From Gnetum montanum (lineage: Eukaryota > Plantae > Gnetophyta): 64,000 nucleotides of DNA. Within the stretch, counting starts at the first letter, position 1. The number at the start of each line of letters is the position of its first letter. The stretch lies in assembly GCA_015680685.1 (NCBI GenBank), contig MNCI01000535.1:93844-157843 (forward strand), given 5' to 3'. Position numbers and translations under genes: made by a program. Positions 26,847-41,296 of the stretch are shown in pieces. The notes below the pieces were generated by a model. The model saw only the letters and a list, made by a program, of their open reading frames with translations, was not told the DNA's origin and searched no databases.

Positions 26847-28505
26847 TATGATGACCAAAAACATTCGTGGTTGGAACACCAAGGGATTCATGGATGCATA
26901 GCCTAACCTCGCCTCTGCACAAGGGCCTTGCTAGGGAATGGAGGTGAACCACCCTAGATGATCTTGTTGATTAGATAGGGACTTTGCTAGTTGCAATTGT
27001 GGTATCAAGAAAAACTAGGGGCTAGCATGGTTACCCAAAAATGTGAGCATTGATGGTATTCTTAGCAATACCAAGGCTAAATAGGCCTGAGTGTAGCAAG
27101 ATCTCACAACATGAGAATGATGGTGCAAGTGTGCAAAAAGCATGTAAAATAATGAAAAAATTGCAAATACGATGTTGAACGTTAAAGAAAATGCTTAAAA
27201 TCAAAAGGAGTTTGGGAGAAAGAAAGGATGATACCACCCCAAATGGGGGCATAGCAATTACAAATGAGATTTGCAGAGGTATGTAGTGGTATAGATAGCT
27301 ATAGTAGTAGCATAGCCAGAGTCTTCATGGTGTCCCAAGGTGGATACTAACATCCACTGCAAGGTCCATGCCTATTAGGTTGGCTACCATGGTGTCCTGT
27401 AGGCTTGTGATGTGCTGTAGTGCTAAGTGGGCTGTAAAGGGGTTGCCAAGATGTTGATATGCTATAGTGTATGAGGTTCTTAAGGTGCTTCAAGTGCCAA
27501 ATGATGCTCTGCGATGCTAATGTCTACTACTAGAATGAAATGCCAACCCCTAGAGTGTGGAATGGAGGGGTATTTATAGGCTTAGATTTAGCATGAAGTG
27601 TGGATTTAGTGCCATGTGGCAAAGGGGTAGGTGCGGTTACACTAACCTTTGGTACATTCCTCATGGGACAATTGGTGCTATGCTTTAGTACACTCCACTA
27701 GACCCCAAGGGACTACCAAACTAGCTACACTACTAAGACTGCATGTGCCAAGACCATAATGTACCTAAAAATAGTGCAAAATAATGCAATTTGGAGGCTA
27801 TGCTCTAGGACTACGTTCTCCCCTCTTTCGAGTGGAATCAAGCATAGATACAATTTTGGGACATAGTGGGAGGTACAAAAAGAGTGCAAGTTTTTTATCC
27901 TTCTTGCTAAAGGAGTGATAAAGTTGGAATGAAGGCCTGTGCTAAGCTCTAGAAGATTTTGAAGGTAGTTTCTTGTTCCTACGCTAGCTACGCTTTGGAT
28001 CATAGCACAATAGTTAGGTAATTCTTGCAAAAATTGAAGTCTAGTGCTACTATGTTTGCTACGCTCATGAGCTTAGTAGGATGGGACAAAGCGTAGCACA
28101 AACACTTAGAGAAATTTGGCAAAAATTGTATTCCTTGTTCTTGCTATGTCAACTATGCTCTAGAGTGGGATAAAGGGTAGCTTCAGGAGTTAGATCTACC
28201 AAACACTTCTTCCATGCTAAGCTAGCTTGACACTAGTGTAAACTGGCCATCGAAGTGTTGCTACACTAGAGAGCATAGCAAGAGGGATGCGAGCGTAACA
28301 AGACTCTTAGAAAAATTTTTGCATCTGCTATTTGAGACTTGGAAAATTTTGCAAATTTGGTTGTGTTCCATGCTACGTTGGCTACACTCTAGAGCATAGC
28401 CCTAGTAGTGGGATCATCGGCCAAACACTTACAAAATTTGCCTTGAGTTGTCACTTAGACAAATTTTCCGTTATAGTGCTGTTGCCTAAATTTGGTGGTG
28501 TTTCA
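26847..28505 (-). repeat. 5' LTR of the Tat-clade element
   Basis: Matches 232-1907. Confidence 0.88.
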
Positions 28506-29585
28506 CCAATTTCTTGAATGACCAAGGTAGTTAACACTAAGTAATGATTAAAATAATGATAAATTAGCTACACTAGGACATCTAGAATAATAGATTGTGA
28601 TTACTTAAGAGTGTTAAAGCCAAAATTTTTCAAAATTAGACCAAAATCCAAGGATTGTTAAGGATAACAATGTCTAAAGATAATGATTAAGACTAATGAT
28701 CAATTATTCATTTGACTACAAAGGACACCTACAAGAGGTTCACATGTAAGTGATCCATCCAAAAAAAGAGAAAATTGACTAAGAGGAGGATGTGGATAAG
28801 GGTGTGAATAACCATAATAAGAACCAAAGGTTACACATGCAATCGAATCCCTCAAGGAAGAGCCCTAAGTAGAATCTATTAGGAAAATTCCTACTATAGA
28901 AATAGGATAATATAGGTAGGATGAAGTGCTTAGGCCTAGGCCAAGTCTTGAAGTCACATTGACTCAGGCTAGCCTAGAAAAGATCAGAACCAAGGAAATC
29001 CAAAGTTCTATCCTAGAAGAACTTAGCTTTGGGCCTTTCTTAGAGTTCACTTCTTAGGAGATCCTTTAAAAACTACAAGCATCATCAATGTAGCCCACCA
29101 TTTCTACCAATGAAAAATGGTACCTTGGTGAGATGTATCTCCTCTGAAATAATTGTTAGGAATATGTAACTATTAAGATTAAGGATATCATTATTTCTTA
29201 TTTGGTGGAGGCCATTGCAAGGGCTTTGGTACTCCCAAATATGGGACCTAAGCTTACAAAAGTGTCTATGTAATTTAATGCTAAAAGTAAAAAGGAGTGG
29301 ACCCAAAGGTGTTATGGAGTTTATCAAAAGTAGTATAGTGTGCTCACCTAGGGGAAAATGATCGATTTCAAGATCACAATGTACCACCTATGTGGAAATG
29401 ATACAAAAATTTAAAAAATCATTTAATAAATAGATTGTATCCACTTATATAAAGCAATAATTTAATTATATTATATAAATCATAAAATAAAAAATCATTT
29501 ATTGATACACATGAAAACTTTAAATAAATAATTAAATGTATGCAAAATATTAGGTCATGACACCTAGTCATTGCTTACCAAGATA

Positions 29586-29672
29586 ATAATGAGGTGTTAG
29601 CTGAATGGTAAGATTCTTGATTTAAAAACCCCAAGGTACATATTCAATTCTAATTGGTAGTGTAAAGTTATA
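29586..29672 (+). repeat. tRNA-derived short repeat (SINE-head-like), copy 1
   Basis: ATGAGGTGTTAGCTGAATGGTAAG (box A-like) ... TATTCAATTC (degenerate box B); related to copies 2-4. Confidence 0.55.
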
Positions 29673-30587
29673 AAGTTTACTTAAGTTATACAAAAGTTTC
29701 ATGTTGACTATATCTTTGGGGTACATCTGATTCTCTTGTTTTATAGTTATATTACCTATAATTCTTTTAATGTATTATGTTGGCTATATCTATTAAAATA
29801 TGCCTATAGCCATTACTAACAAATATTAATTACTTGCACACTAATCTAAGACAAAATACCACTAGCTTAAAACAAAAATAGATGAAATATTTGCTATCAT
29901 TATACACTAGGACCTCCTTGCTAATCAACCTATTCTTATCATAAGGTCTCAAGGTTAATTTCATTAAGTAAGAAATGATATAGATTAACATTAAAAATTA
30001 ATCATAAAGCATGAAATATATTAACAATTTATATCTACGCTTGTCTTACTTATCACCTAGTAATTGCAAATAGCTATTTTAAAAAAAGGTAGAATATTGA
30101 ATCACATATAAAAGTGGTATGTATAAAATAAAAATTGATTATTTCTTGTAGTGTAAAAGAAATTGGACCATTTGTAAAGACTTCAAGTCATACTTAAATA
30201 GAGCATTACAACTAAAGATAAATTAATAGCCATAGATTTAGCTATATAAAGCTTCAAAGGTAGCGTAATAAAAAAAATTAAATGCATAAAATAGTGGAAT
30301 ATAAAGGAAGAAAACATCATCTTATTCAGAGAAGGATTATTTAAAGAAGAGACTTAGAATCTAAACTATTTTGCAAATTTAATTTAAAGCTACATGAAAG
30401 GCTACATTTAAAAAATTGGAAATGCCATTTTTAGTGAATCAAAAAGCAAAAAATACATCATAAAGGAGATATGTGATGGAGTGATGAAGTACAACATGCT
30501 ATCCAAGAGAAGAAAATGTACTTTAAAGAATGGGGTGTTGGAACCTGAAATAAATGAAACATAGGAATACCCAAGATTTATAAAAGT

Positions 30588-30677
30588 TTATAACTTAGTG
30601 CTACATAGTAGAATCAAACTTATGACCTAAGGTTACTAGACCAACACCTAAAACACTAGGCTAACACCTCATTGTTA
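30588..30677 (-). repeat. tRNA-derived short repeat, copy 2
   Basis: Reverse complement AACAATGAGGTGTTAGCCTAGTG...TAAGTTTGATTC. Confidence 0.6.
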
Positions 30678-31240
30678 TATACTTTAAGAAATGACAACAA
30701 AGTGATAACCAAGAAAATAGGTTGATGTACAAAATGACAAAGAAAGAGTCAAAAGTAGGATGAGGGAGAGGGAGGGGGTGTTAGAACCTTGAAATAATTT
30801 TATCCAAGAGGCCATCTAGCCTTGTCCTAGAGAGTACTTCTTGTCAAATAATTTTATTATCATAATGGTAAGGGGAAACTCTCTTGGTCACATTTTTTTT
30901 TCTCTCATCATAATAGTTAAACAGGAGCTTTATGTCCAAGAGGTAAGCTACCAAGTTGCTGAACTTTGCCATGGTAAATAAATAATTATCATCATAAATT
31001 TAGGATAAGAGATAAACATTTTCAAGGAAACTATTATTTTGGCTAGGAGTTTTGTTGAGAGGCCAACTACTTTGTAAGACTTTATCCTTGGAAAATCAAT
31101 TATGAGTGAATCAATTTGAGAGTTTTTAATTTGAAATATATAAAATATTTTCTCATCCAAATAATAGATATATATCATAAATATATAGATAAACTAGTTG
31201 TAATATAGCTACACCCCAAGATAAATAATTCAATTCAAAC

Positions 31241-31330
31241 TTGATAACTTATCATTACCCAACAGAATCAAACCTATGACTTGGAGATTTCAAATTAAGA
31301 GTCTTACCACTAGGATGACATATCATTGTT
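31241..31330 (-). repeat. tRNA-derived short repeat, copy 3
   Basis: Reverse complement AACAATGATATGTCATCCTAGTGGTAAG...CAAGTCATAGGTTTGATTC. Confidence 0.55.
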
Positions 31331-32767
31331 TGAAAATGGTAATATTAGAGAGGGTATTAAACCATAAAATAGGAAATAGTAGTAACAAAATTCAAACATA
31401 ATTCCTTAGATGATTTCTTTAAGAAATTAGGAACAAATGAAGGAGAAAAAAATATATGCAAACTAGAAAAATAAAAAGTGTAAAAACATTGGTCATGTCA
31501 AATATATTAAGGAGAAAGATGAAATAATTTTGGTAAAATATAATGAAATTATGGATATGTGAGAAAATGAATAATTTTCAAGAGAGGACATTTAAGGCAA
31601 CATGGGTCATTGGCCAATTAGTTAGCTTGCACTATGATGCATTAATAGGCATTAGGTTTAAATCCTAGTACTAGCATCTTACACTAGCCTAGGGATGTTG
31701 TTCCAAGCATATTCCTAATTATTACACTATCCTTTAAAAATGGACATTTAAGAAAAAGATCCTAATTTTGGTTTGGTTAATAAATTTTCTTTCTTTGCGA
31801 TGAAGACAACCTTATCTATGATGAAAAATGAAAAAGTTGATAAATCAAATAACATTCTTATAAAAGCTTGCAAAGAATTAATATATACATGAGTTTCATG
31901 GCTACCATAATTATTTAAAACAAAATTTTTGAATTATAAAAATGTCTAAAATATATTGAAAAAATATTGGTATTTCCATCTCCAATAATATAAACTAACA
32001 AGGAATAAAGCTAACAAGTCATCCAAACTATAAAGAAATTAAGCTAACAAGTCATCCATGCTTTAACATGTCATCACTATTGATGGAAATTGCTCCAATT
32101 CTTAGTTTGAGCTCATGCATGAATCATTTTCAATTTCTACACCACCAACCTTTCTGATGGTGTTTTCATGTTAGTCTCCTAGTAATATCTTGCCATCCAA
32201 CCTACTCAAAAACTTGTGAAGGTTTTGATTTTTGGTTGTTTTTTCATCTAAATGTGCCCTCTAAAATATTTTAGAGGTGGTGTAAGACTTATTTTGTATG
32301 AATCTACCATAGCACTATAATCCTCAAAATACCATTAGTGGCTAAGTGGGAAATCTTATCCTTATGCCCTTTCATTGGCTCAAGCAACACACATTGGTAG
32401 TATAATTATGATAAAGAACCAGTTGTTGCTTCTACCAAGTTAGTGGCTAACCATGTTTTTGTGTTTTTAATTTTAATGAAAGGCCTTTTTATTATCTTTT
32501 TGGTCTTTCAAGTCATTTGTAAATTATTTTCCTAGTCTATTGGGATCCTCTTACTATAATGCTAGCCTAATATAATGTTGTTATAATACTATGACTTTAC
32601 TAGTTTTTAAATATAATTATATTACTATCTTGTTTCTAAAAAATCATTTTTGATTTTGATGCTCCTCCTTGTCTAGTTGTGGTTTCAACAACCTCTGAAA
32701 AAACAATGGAAAAGAAAAAGAAATTTTACTTACAAAGATGGTGTTAATAATTTAATATATATAGTGT

Positions 32768-32857
32768 AACAATGAGGTGTTAGCCTAGTGGTATGGATCT
32801 TGGCTTGGTAACCCCAAGTCACAGGTTTAATCCTAATAGGTTGTATTAAGTTATGAT
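32768..32857 (+). repeat. tRNA-derived short repeat, copy 4
   Basis: AACAATGAGGTGTTAGCCTAGTGG (box A) ... CAAGTCACAGGTTTAATCC (box B). Confidence 0.6.
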
Positions 32858-32959
32858 AAGGATTATAATGAAGAAGAATGAAATACACTAATACAAATCA
32901 AAATTTCATATGCTTACACTAATTCTTACTATTCTGACTTCACATTTTTTTTCACTAGG

Positions 32960-35900
32960 ATAAAAAACTCATATGGATAGATTTACCAGGAAATATCTTC
33001 TTGTCACCAAAATGTTCAACATCATCAATGCTTCAAGCAACCCTTATGAGGTCAAACCTTGGCTATGCACAAGAAGGCTATCACATCACCAAACATATGA
33101 CTAGGCCATACCAACTAATGGAGGCTTAGGCAAGAAGGGATGCCATCATGGAGACAAGACATGAGCATGACAAGGGAAAGAAAGCACCTTAAATCATTAT
33201 CCTAGAAGAAAGAGAAGATGTCATATTCCAAAATAAGAAGCTTTATCAAACTCATGGGTACCATTCTCAAACACCAATCATCCACATTAAAGATCCCATT
33301 AAGATCAAGTTGCATTCAGCTCTTGCATAAACTTCTATAAGAGATAAGGAAGGCTCTAGACATAGGAGGAATTCAAGGCCTAAGACCTCCAATGAATTCA
33401 AAAGAAATGAATCAAGAAGTCATAGAAGGAGGACTAGTTAACACTATTCTCTAACTCCTTCATCTTCTTCCTTACATTCATCTACAAATTTGGACAAGAG
33501 AAAATAAAGATTGATGGATAATGATGGGGAAATATGAAGGGATCTTAAGAGATATGCATATAAAAGAAGGCATTCTAATAAAAAGGAAGATGATTGTGGT
33601 GAATGAAGAGAAAGGATTAGACATGAGGAATAGAGTATCATGAACATCATAGGGTTCACTACCACAATAGAGCTTTTGAACCTAAGACTATAAAGGACCC
33701 CTACTAGCCACTTAAAATATGATTAACATTAGGGAAGCCATGTACATTTCTACCAAGCACACAAGGGATAGTCACATCAAGCAACTAGATATGAATAACA
33801 TTCCAAAATGTGAAGGCAAATATAACATATATCCAAAACATAACCTCAAAGCCTTCCACAATGCTTGTACCCTACAAAACGTCAAAAATGATTAGTAGAA
33901 GTTGAAGTTGTTTCTTTGAATAATCATAAAGGAAGCAAAGAGTTGGTATAGATCCTTAGAGCTAGAATCAATTTAGAGATGAAGTACCATGCTAAAAATC
34001 TTCAAAAACAAGTACCAAACATAATCTAGAGTTTCTAACTTGAGAAAATAGATCCAAGGATAGAAGTAAGGAATACATGAATCCCTTGATGTGGTAATGG
34101 GTAGATATTATTCCTTATTTCATATGTGATGAGGCCATGGATTTTCTCAAAGGTAACAACTTAGACATATCATTGATGAACTAAAAAAAAAGACTAGATA
34201 AACTCTTAGGGTATATGCCTAAGGTAGGTTGTCTGAAATGATAGCTCATTGAATTTAAAGATTCATTGTCCAATTGGTAAAAGAAGAAGGAAAGCTAAGA
34301 AAAATAGAATCAACAAACGGATACAACAAAGGCCTAGCATTAAGAAAAATGAATTTAAGGATATGTGAGTCACAAGTAGAAGAAACTTCAAAAGATACAA
34401 TCCAATAGAAGACTACTAATTTAGAAATTGATTATTGACATTGCAACAAAGGTAGAGAAAATGTGGGATTTTGTAGATGAAAAATTTTCTATAGCTGGAA
34501 AGATGGTAGAAGAAAATACTAAAAAATATTTAAGAAGAGGAAAAGAAAAAGAAAAGAAAAGAAGAGATAATGGATGTGAAAACTACAAGCACAAAGGAAA
34601 AGCTTCTCTTGTAGAGGAATTAATAGACTCTAGTTCAGAAGATGACGAAGGATGCAAAGTGTGCTAGTATGAACATCCTAAGGGATGTTTCGTTGTTATG
34701 GTCCACTTGCAAGAGTTTAGGACATATCTACTTAATCCAAAATATGTCAAGAAAAAAATTCCTAGATAGTTACTTTATCCACAAGGTAATTTCTGATAGC
34801 CCTACCAACAATCATACTATCCAAATGGGGCTTATTCTCAATTGCAAGAGCAATATTAGTAGCTGGTTACAACAACAAATATGGGAAATGCCACTACCAA
34901 GAAAACAGTATCCATATAGGTAACCTGAACCCTATGGATACTATGTCCAACATTTGATCTCTGCTGGAAACACTTTTGTTCATGCTTCCTCACCCTACTA
35001 TCCACTAGAGTATCATAGATCGACTACCTTCCTCATGGATCCAAACTAGTAACTGGCTCTTCAATCCTAACCTCCCAACACTTTACCACTAGTACTACCA
35101 GCAATCATGCAAGGAGAACTACCAACATAACCACAATAAAAGACTGCTACCATGGTAGTCACTACACAAGATGTTGCGGTAACAAGTGAACCAAGAGCTA
35201 AAAAACATCCCTTCTTTAGGGAAAATCTAGAAAAGGTTCAAAGTATAGGGACTTCATCTAACTTTATCCCATCCACACATACACCTTAGGGAAACACTAT
35301 GCTTCCAACATTAGTGGAGAAGAATCTAATAACTATCATGCTCACTCAAATAGTAACACATTGGATCAAAGCACAAGCACTTCCCAAGAAAAGAATAGAT
35401 CCTGGAAGTCACTTAGTCTACCTCCAAATAATAGGACACAAACTATGCAAGGGTCTATTATATTCTAGGTCAAAAGTGAATATTATTTCACAAGATATGT
35501 ACAAGGCCTAGAATCTTCCCCTACTAAATAAGAGTAACATTTAATTAAAGCTTATAGATTAGTTGATTGCTATTCCGCTTGGATTAGTGAAGGATATAAT
35601 CACCCCCATAAGTGGTTGGTATTATCCTTTTGATTTTCTAGTCATACACATGGGAAAGAATAAAGGGAAATTTCCTATAATTATGGGAAGATCATGGCTT
35701 AGTACAGTGGATGCTAAGCTTGGAATTAGATACATATCCTTAGAAATCTTCAAGGAATATGAAACCAAAATTATCCAAAGATGCAAAGTTTCACCTATTG
35801 AATATAGCAATAATAGGTGCAATTGCGTGCTGAAAATTTGGACCAAAAAACATGATGCCATCACAGCATGCAATAGATGTATAGAATACATGTGTATATA

Positions 35901-38830
35901 ACACTGTTTGTATGCACTAGCCACTAGACAAGAAGACACCCAATGGTTTATCACTGAAAAAGAAGTAGAATCTAATAGATGCACAAAAACTTTAAACAAA
36001 ATTACAAGTGCCTATGTCAAATAAATAGATAAGAGAGATTAATTAAGAAGAAAACCTTCCTACATGAAATCATAATAGAAGGAAGACATTGAATGGAGAT
36101 ACTTATATACATCAAAGAAGTACAATCCAGAACCTCTAGAATTAAAGGCCCTATCAAATGCAATAGAATATGCTTTTATGAACAATAAAAAACTAGTAAT
36201 CATAAATGTGAATCTGAATAAAGAGAAAAAGAGAAAATTATTGGAAGTGGTGAATAAATGGCTGACTATATTTGCATGGTATTATGATGAAATCACTACC
36301 ATTGATCCACTTATCTATCAACAAAAAGTATATACCAATCCAACTATTAAACCACATTGCCAACCTCAAAGAAGAATGAACCCAAAACTTAAAGAAGTTG
36401 TCAAATAGGAGTTGGAAAAACTACTGAAAGTTGGCTTCATCTATCCCATAGTAGATAGTGAATGGATTAGCTCATTAGTCATTGTCCTAACAAAAGGTGG
36501 TAAGTGGAAGGTCTACATTGATTTTTAATTGTTTAACATTACGGACCATTTTAATGGTCAACATTGTAATGTTTAACATGAGCACTATAGTTTCTTAGAC
36601 AAATATAGTAAATACAACCAAATCCACATTGCACTTGAAGATCAAGAGAAGACCATGTTCATTAGTCCATGGAAAACAATTGCATATAAGCAAATAACCT
36701 TTGACTTATGCAACTCTTCCTCTACTTTCCAATAACTTGTACTAAGTATCTTCTAGAAGCATATTGACAATGGAGTTAAACTATTCATGGTTGATTTTTC
36801 CACATATGGGCTAGACTTCAAACAAGCCTTGGACCATATAGAGAAAGTTTGAAAAAGATGTATTTAAGCTAATCTAAAGCTTAATTGGCAAAAAATCCAC
36901 TTAATGATTTAAGATGTTAGATCATTCCTTAGCCATATAGAATATTATAGGAAAGTTATTTAAAACTTTTCAAAGATTGTAAAATCACTAGTGGAATTAA
37001 CAAAGAAAGATGCACCATTTTAGTGGATAAAATAGTATGAGAAAGCATTCAAGATCATAAAATAGAAATTGATCAAGACACCAATCCTCTAAGCTTTAGA
37101 TTAATCCAAGCCTTTTCACGTTATGATAAATGCTTCAAATTATGCACTAGGAGTAGTATTAACTCAACTTGATGATAAAAAAAGACCTTATTATATATAC
37201 TACACTAGTTGAAGCATAACTGAGGCACAACTCAATTACACCATCATAGAAAATGAGCTTATGACTATAGTATATGTACTTGAGAAATTCTAGCACTATG
37301 TGCTTAGGTATCCTAATCATGTCCATACTGATCATAGTGCTATTAGGTTTTTTATGAATAAATTAGTAGTAGGTCCAAGATTGATAAGATGGCTTGTTAT
37401 CTTGCAAACATTTGACATCACAATGATTGATAAAAAAGGAAAAGAGAACTTTGTAACAAATCACCTATCAAGGTTAAGATGGGAACCTCATAAAAATGAT
37501 GAACTAATATCAAATCAATTTCCCAATAAACATTTATTCATAAAGATAGCAATGGTTGTAGATTCAATAGTGAAGTTATGAATTACTATTTACATGACAA
37601 ATCTTACTACATACGACCTTTCTATTGAATAGGATAAGAAAAAAAATAAAATACTTTCTCCATAGGGTAAAGAGATATATGAAAATTAATGGAAACCTTT
37701 ACAACATATGTGCTAATGGGTTGATAAGATGGTGTGTTTTAGAAGAAAGTCAACAAAGAGTCCTATAAAATGCACATGAAGAACTATGTAGTGGTCATTA
37801 TGAAAAATGAAGGAAAACACTAAAATTAATGATGAAAGGCTATTTATGGCCTATCATATTTATGGTTGCACATTGATTTGCACAATCTTGTAAGAGATGC
37901 CAAAGAGATGGAGAACTAATGGCCAAAAATGATGGGTCATAATAGTGGATATAACCATTAGAACCTTTTGACATTTAGGGAATTGACTTTATGAACCCGT
38001 TACACTAATGTCAAATGGAATGTCCTATGTCATAATAATCATTGATTATTATACACAGTGGGCAATAGTAGCTATAGTTAAAGATTACATAGCCACAACA
38101 ACTACCAAATTCTTTTAGCAACATGTGGTGAACAAATTCAAAGTATCACACATGCTAATATCAAATAACAAGACTCACTTTATAGGAGCTACATTTAAAA
38201 AGCTAATGCAATGACCTGGGGTTAACCACAAATTAACTACACTTTATCACCCCTAAGTGAATGGTCAAGCTAAAGTGACTAATAGAGAAATCACAATAAT
38301 ATGAACTAGAATTGTTAGTTGATATAGGAAGGACTCAAGCACTAAACTTAATGATGCTTTATGGGCATATAGATCAACTTGAAATCTTCCTATAGGGTAT
38401 TCATCATATGAGTTAGTTTATGGTAAAAAAACCTACTTTACCAATCCAAGAATAATTAAATACTCATACAACTACTAGTACTCTTTACCTAGATCTAAGC
38501 TTAGCTCAATCTCTTAGATTAAAACTGACTATTAGCTCAAATGAGTAATGAAGTTCATGAAAAGTATTCCAAATGTCAGCATGATGCTAAAATAAGACAA
38601 GTATCCATTACGCCTAGCAATAAAGTCCTTTACTATAATCCCAATCATGTTCCACAAAATGCTAAGCTACAAACTCTATGGGAGGGACCTTATATCTTTC
38701 GTGCTACAGACCAATTTTGCACCATGAAAATTTACCATGCAACAAATTCAAGCCACTTCTTAGAAATTTCAAGGTTTCTTAGACTCACATTGGTTATGGG
38801 GCTAGAAAGACATGTTACCCATGCTTGCAA
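32960..38830 (+). mobile_element. Older, LTR-less internal fragment of an Athila element related to 13271-23194
   Basis: Collinear gag-PR-RT-RH-INT similarity (QPQRRMNPKLKEVVK, HTDHSAIRFFMNK..RWLVILQTFD, LWEGPY). The 3' stretch GAAAGACATGTTACCCATGC is shared with 21126-21145. Boundaries are approximate. Confidence 0.85.
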
Positions 38831-40199
38831 GCACTTTTGTATCCAATGGCCAAGTCTCCTTTTAAAAATAAATAAAATCAACTTTACTTAACTAATCTTA
38901 TATGACATGTGACATGTTCAAGTTGTCATTACTAAGCTTGCATGATCATTCATGTTTAACCAAGTTGGTGTACTCATTGTGAAGTAGCCAGGTTGGTGTG
39001 ATCAAGTTGGCTAAACTAGGCTAGCAAGAAAGAATACAAAAAAAATATTGAATGAAAGAAATCTTAACTAAGATATAAAGAAATCTAGTGAAAATATTGG
39101 GAGAAATAAAATATAAAGACAAAATTATAGAAGAATATGTTGGGAACAAGCAACAATCACACAGAGGAAGGGAAAAGAAAAGAAGAAAAAACAAAAATGC
39201 TAAAAAGTAAATAAGATTATGATATTATTTACTGGTACTTAAGTATGACTGTTAGCTATCCTCTTAACCAAAATTATTTATCTCTATGATCCACATCAAA
39301 AAGGCTTACCTAAACAATAATATTTCAATTTCAATTTCATATATATCTATATGTAGCATTATCATTGACTCGATCTAACATGGTGACCCTTTTAACCAAA
39401 TAGGTTATTTGAATGTAATGTTTAACATGTCTACTATGATGCTTGAAACTTATGTTCTATATATAAAACTTGTATATACTACATCTATTAATACTTTCTA
39501 AGGTAGAGAGCACCAAGAATCATACAAGAGAGTCATGTACATGAACAAAAAATCCAAGAAGTGTAGAAAAGTTAAATTCATCCTCAAGATACTTTTTATT
39601 ATTGAATATGATTTTTGGATATATTTTCCATAATGAATTATATCTTACATGTAGCAACTATCTATAAATTGCACCAAATTTGGCAAATCTTGGACCAAAT
39701 TGCTCAAAGTATGAAAGGTTTGAATTGACATTTTATAGGACCCTAGAGGTAGCAATCTTAAATGTCCATCTTGATATAATTACAAACAAATTAGTACGAC
39801 AGATATATCATTCTATCAATTCTATGTGATTACATATTAATGAGAACTTGAGAGAGCTATCCATGGTTAGTTTAATGATGAGTGATAGTACAATGCGAGT
39901 TTTAGCAACTACTCGCAAAGTTCCAGGTTTTCAAAAGAAAATGGCTCACCTGCAACCCACAAGAACCGAGATGAAATTTTGACTATTTTAAAGGGTTGTA
40001 AATGGTGAATATTTGAAATGACACAGGTTGACCTAAGTTTTGACTAAGTCTTTCACTAAATCCCAATTCATTTTCTAAAAAGATAGTGACTTATAAAGTC
40101 CAAGTCTCATAAATACAAAAGACTAAAAACACTTAGAGATTAGCCTAAAGAAAATGCTTGAGCCTTGTTGCAAGTGTGATCCAAAATGAGAGACCAATT

Positions 40200-40507
40200 G
40201 TAGATTCCTATAGTTGATCTAGCATTAGTTGCCACAACTGCTACATTTGACATCATGGGCAACATTGGCACATATGCCTTTGCAATAGTCAGTTGCAAAC
40301 TTGCACTTATTATCACACATTTTGCAATTCTTGTTATTTGAAAAAATGTCTATGTACTTGTCATGGTAGGTTTCTTTTTTCTTTACTTCATTTTCTTGAA
40401 AGATTATGGCATTGAGGAGGACAAAAGAGGTAACTTCTTGCATGTACCATAAAAACCACATCTAGCATTGAGGCCATTGTTACCACAAACATGATTCTTT
40501 GCAACAT
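40200..40507 (-). pseudogene. STIG1-family cysteine-rich protein pseudogene (copy A)
   Basis: ATG at 40507 starts MLQRIMFVVTMASML (signal-like). After a stop and frameshift comes DIFSNNKNCKMCDNKCKFATDYCKGICANVAHDVKCSSCGN*, which aligns with the intact gene. Confidence 0.8.
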
Positions 40508-41296
40508 TTTAAGTAGCTATGGTGTACCAATTTTTTGTTGGATAGAAAAGTCAAAAAATCATGTATTAATCTAACAATACAAATATACAACAAAAATTTT
40601 CACATCCCCAAAAATTGTATTTAGAAAATTAGTTGTAATTGAACTATTCAAGGTGCATGATACATAAAATTTAATCACTTAGAGAAAATGTTTATGTCCA
40701 TTAACACTTATAAATATAACCATATAAAAAGACCACTTGAAACTTAGTAATGTAAATTACTTGATAAATCCACATTAGCACATTTATACCCACTTAGGTC
40801 TCATTACAACATATCATCAAAGTTTAATAAAAAAATCTATATTTATGTCCAAAAAATTACATAATCTATTAAATAGCCAAAAACATAAAATGAAATATAA
40901 AAAAAATTAATCTTAAGCTAATCTTAATCCTTCATACAACTTCTCTTTGTCCACCTCGAAAGCTTCTTGCTAAATGTGCATACAGTACATGTAAGAATAG
41001 TAAGAACACATTCACGGTAACTAAAATCCACCTTGAAACTTCTTAGAAGAAGACTGAAAGTTAGGGATATTGTTGCAAGGTACATTGTTAAATGCAATAA
41101 CAATTACAAATTAATGTATTTTTTAATTAATACCATTAACAATATTGTTAATATCTATAATTAACCCATGAATTACCATAGGATCCCCTAGTATTCCTAT
41201 AAGGTTTACAACATCAAATGTTTAGAGTAACTATAACATTGATACTATTTTAACTAGATATAAATGACTCTTTGATGTAATATCTCACTTATTTAA

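Larger units (their letters stand above)
232..28505 (-). mobile_element. Degenerate Ty3/gypsy LTR retrotransposon, Tat clade (Ogre/Retand-like domain order), containing a nested Athila element
   Basis: Direct repeats 232-1907 and 26847-28505 (TGTGATGACC...GTTTCA / TATGATGACC...GTTTCA). PBS next to the right LTR and PPT next to the left LTR. Flanking 5-mers CTAGT / CCAAT differ by two transitions (degenerate TSD). Minus-strand gag, protease, RT, RH, archaeal-type RH and INT remnants. Confidence 0.88.

Noticed and set aside
28510-29400. Possible older LTR that served as the Tat element's target (continuing 1-231)
   Set aside because: LTR-like composition, but there is no partner copy or defined terminus within the window.
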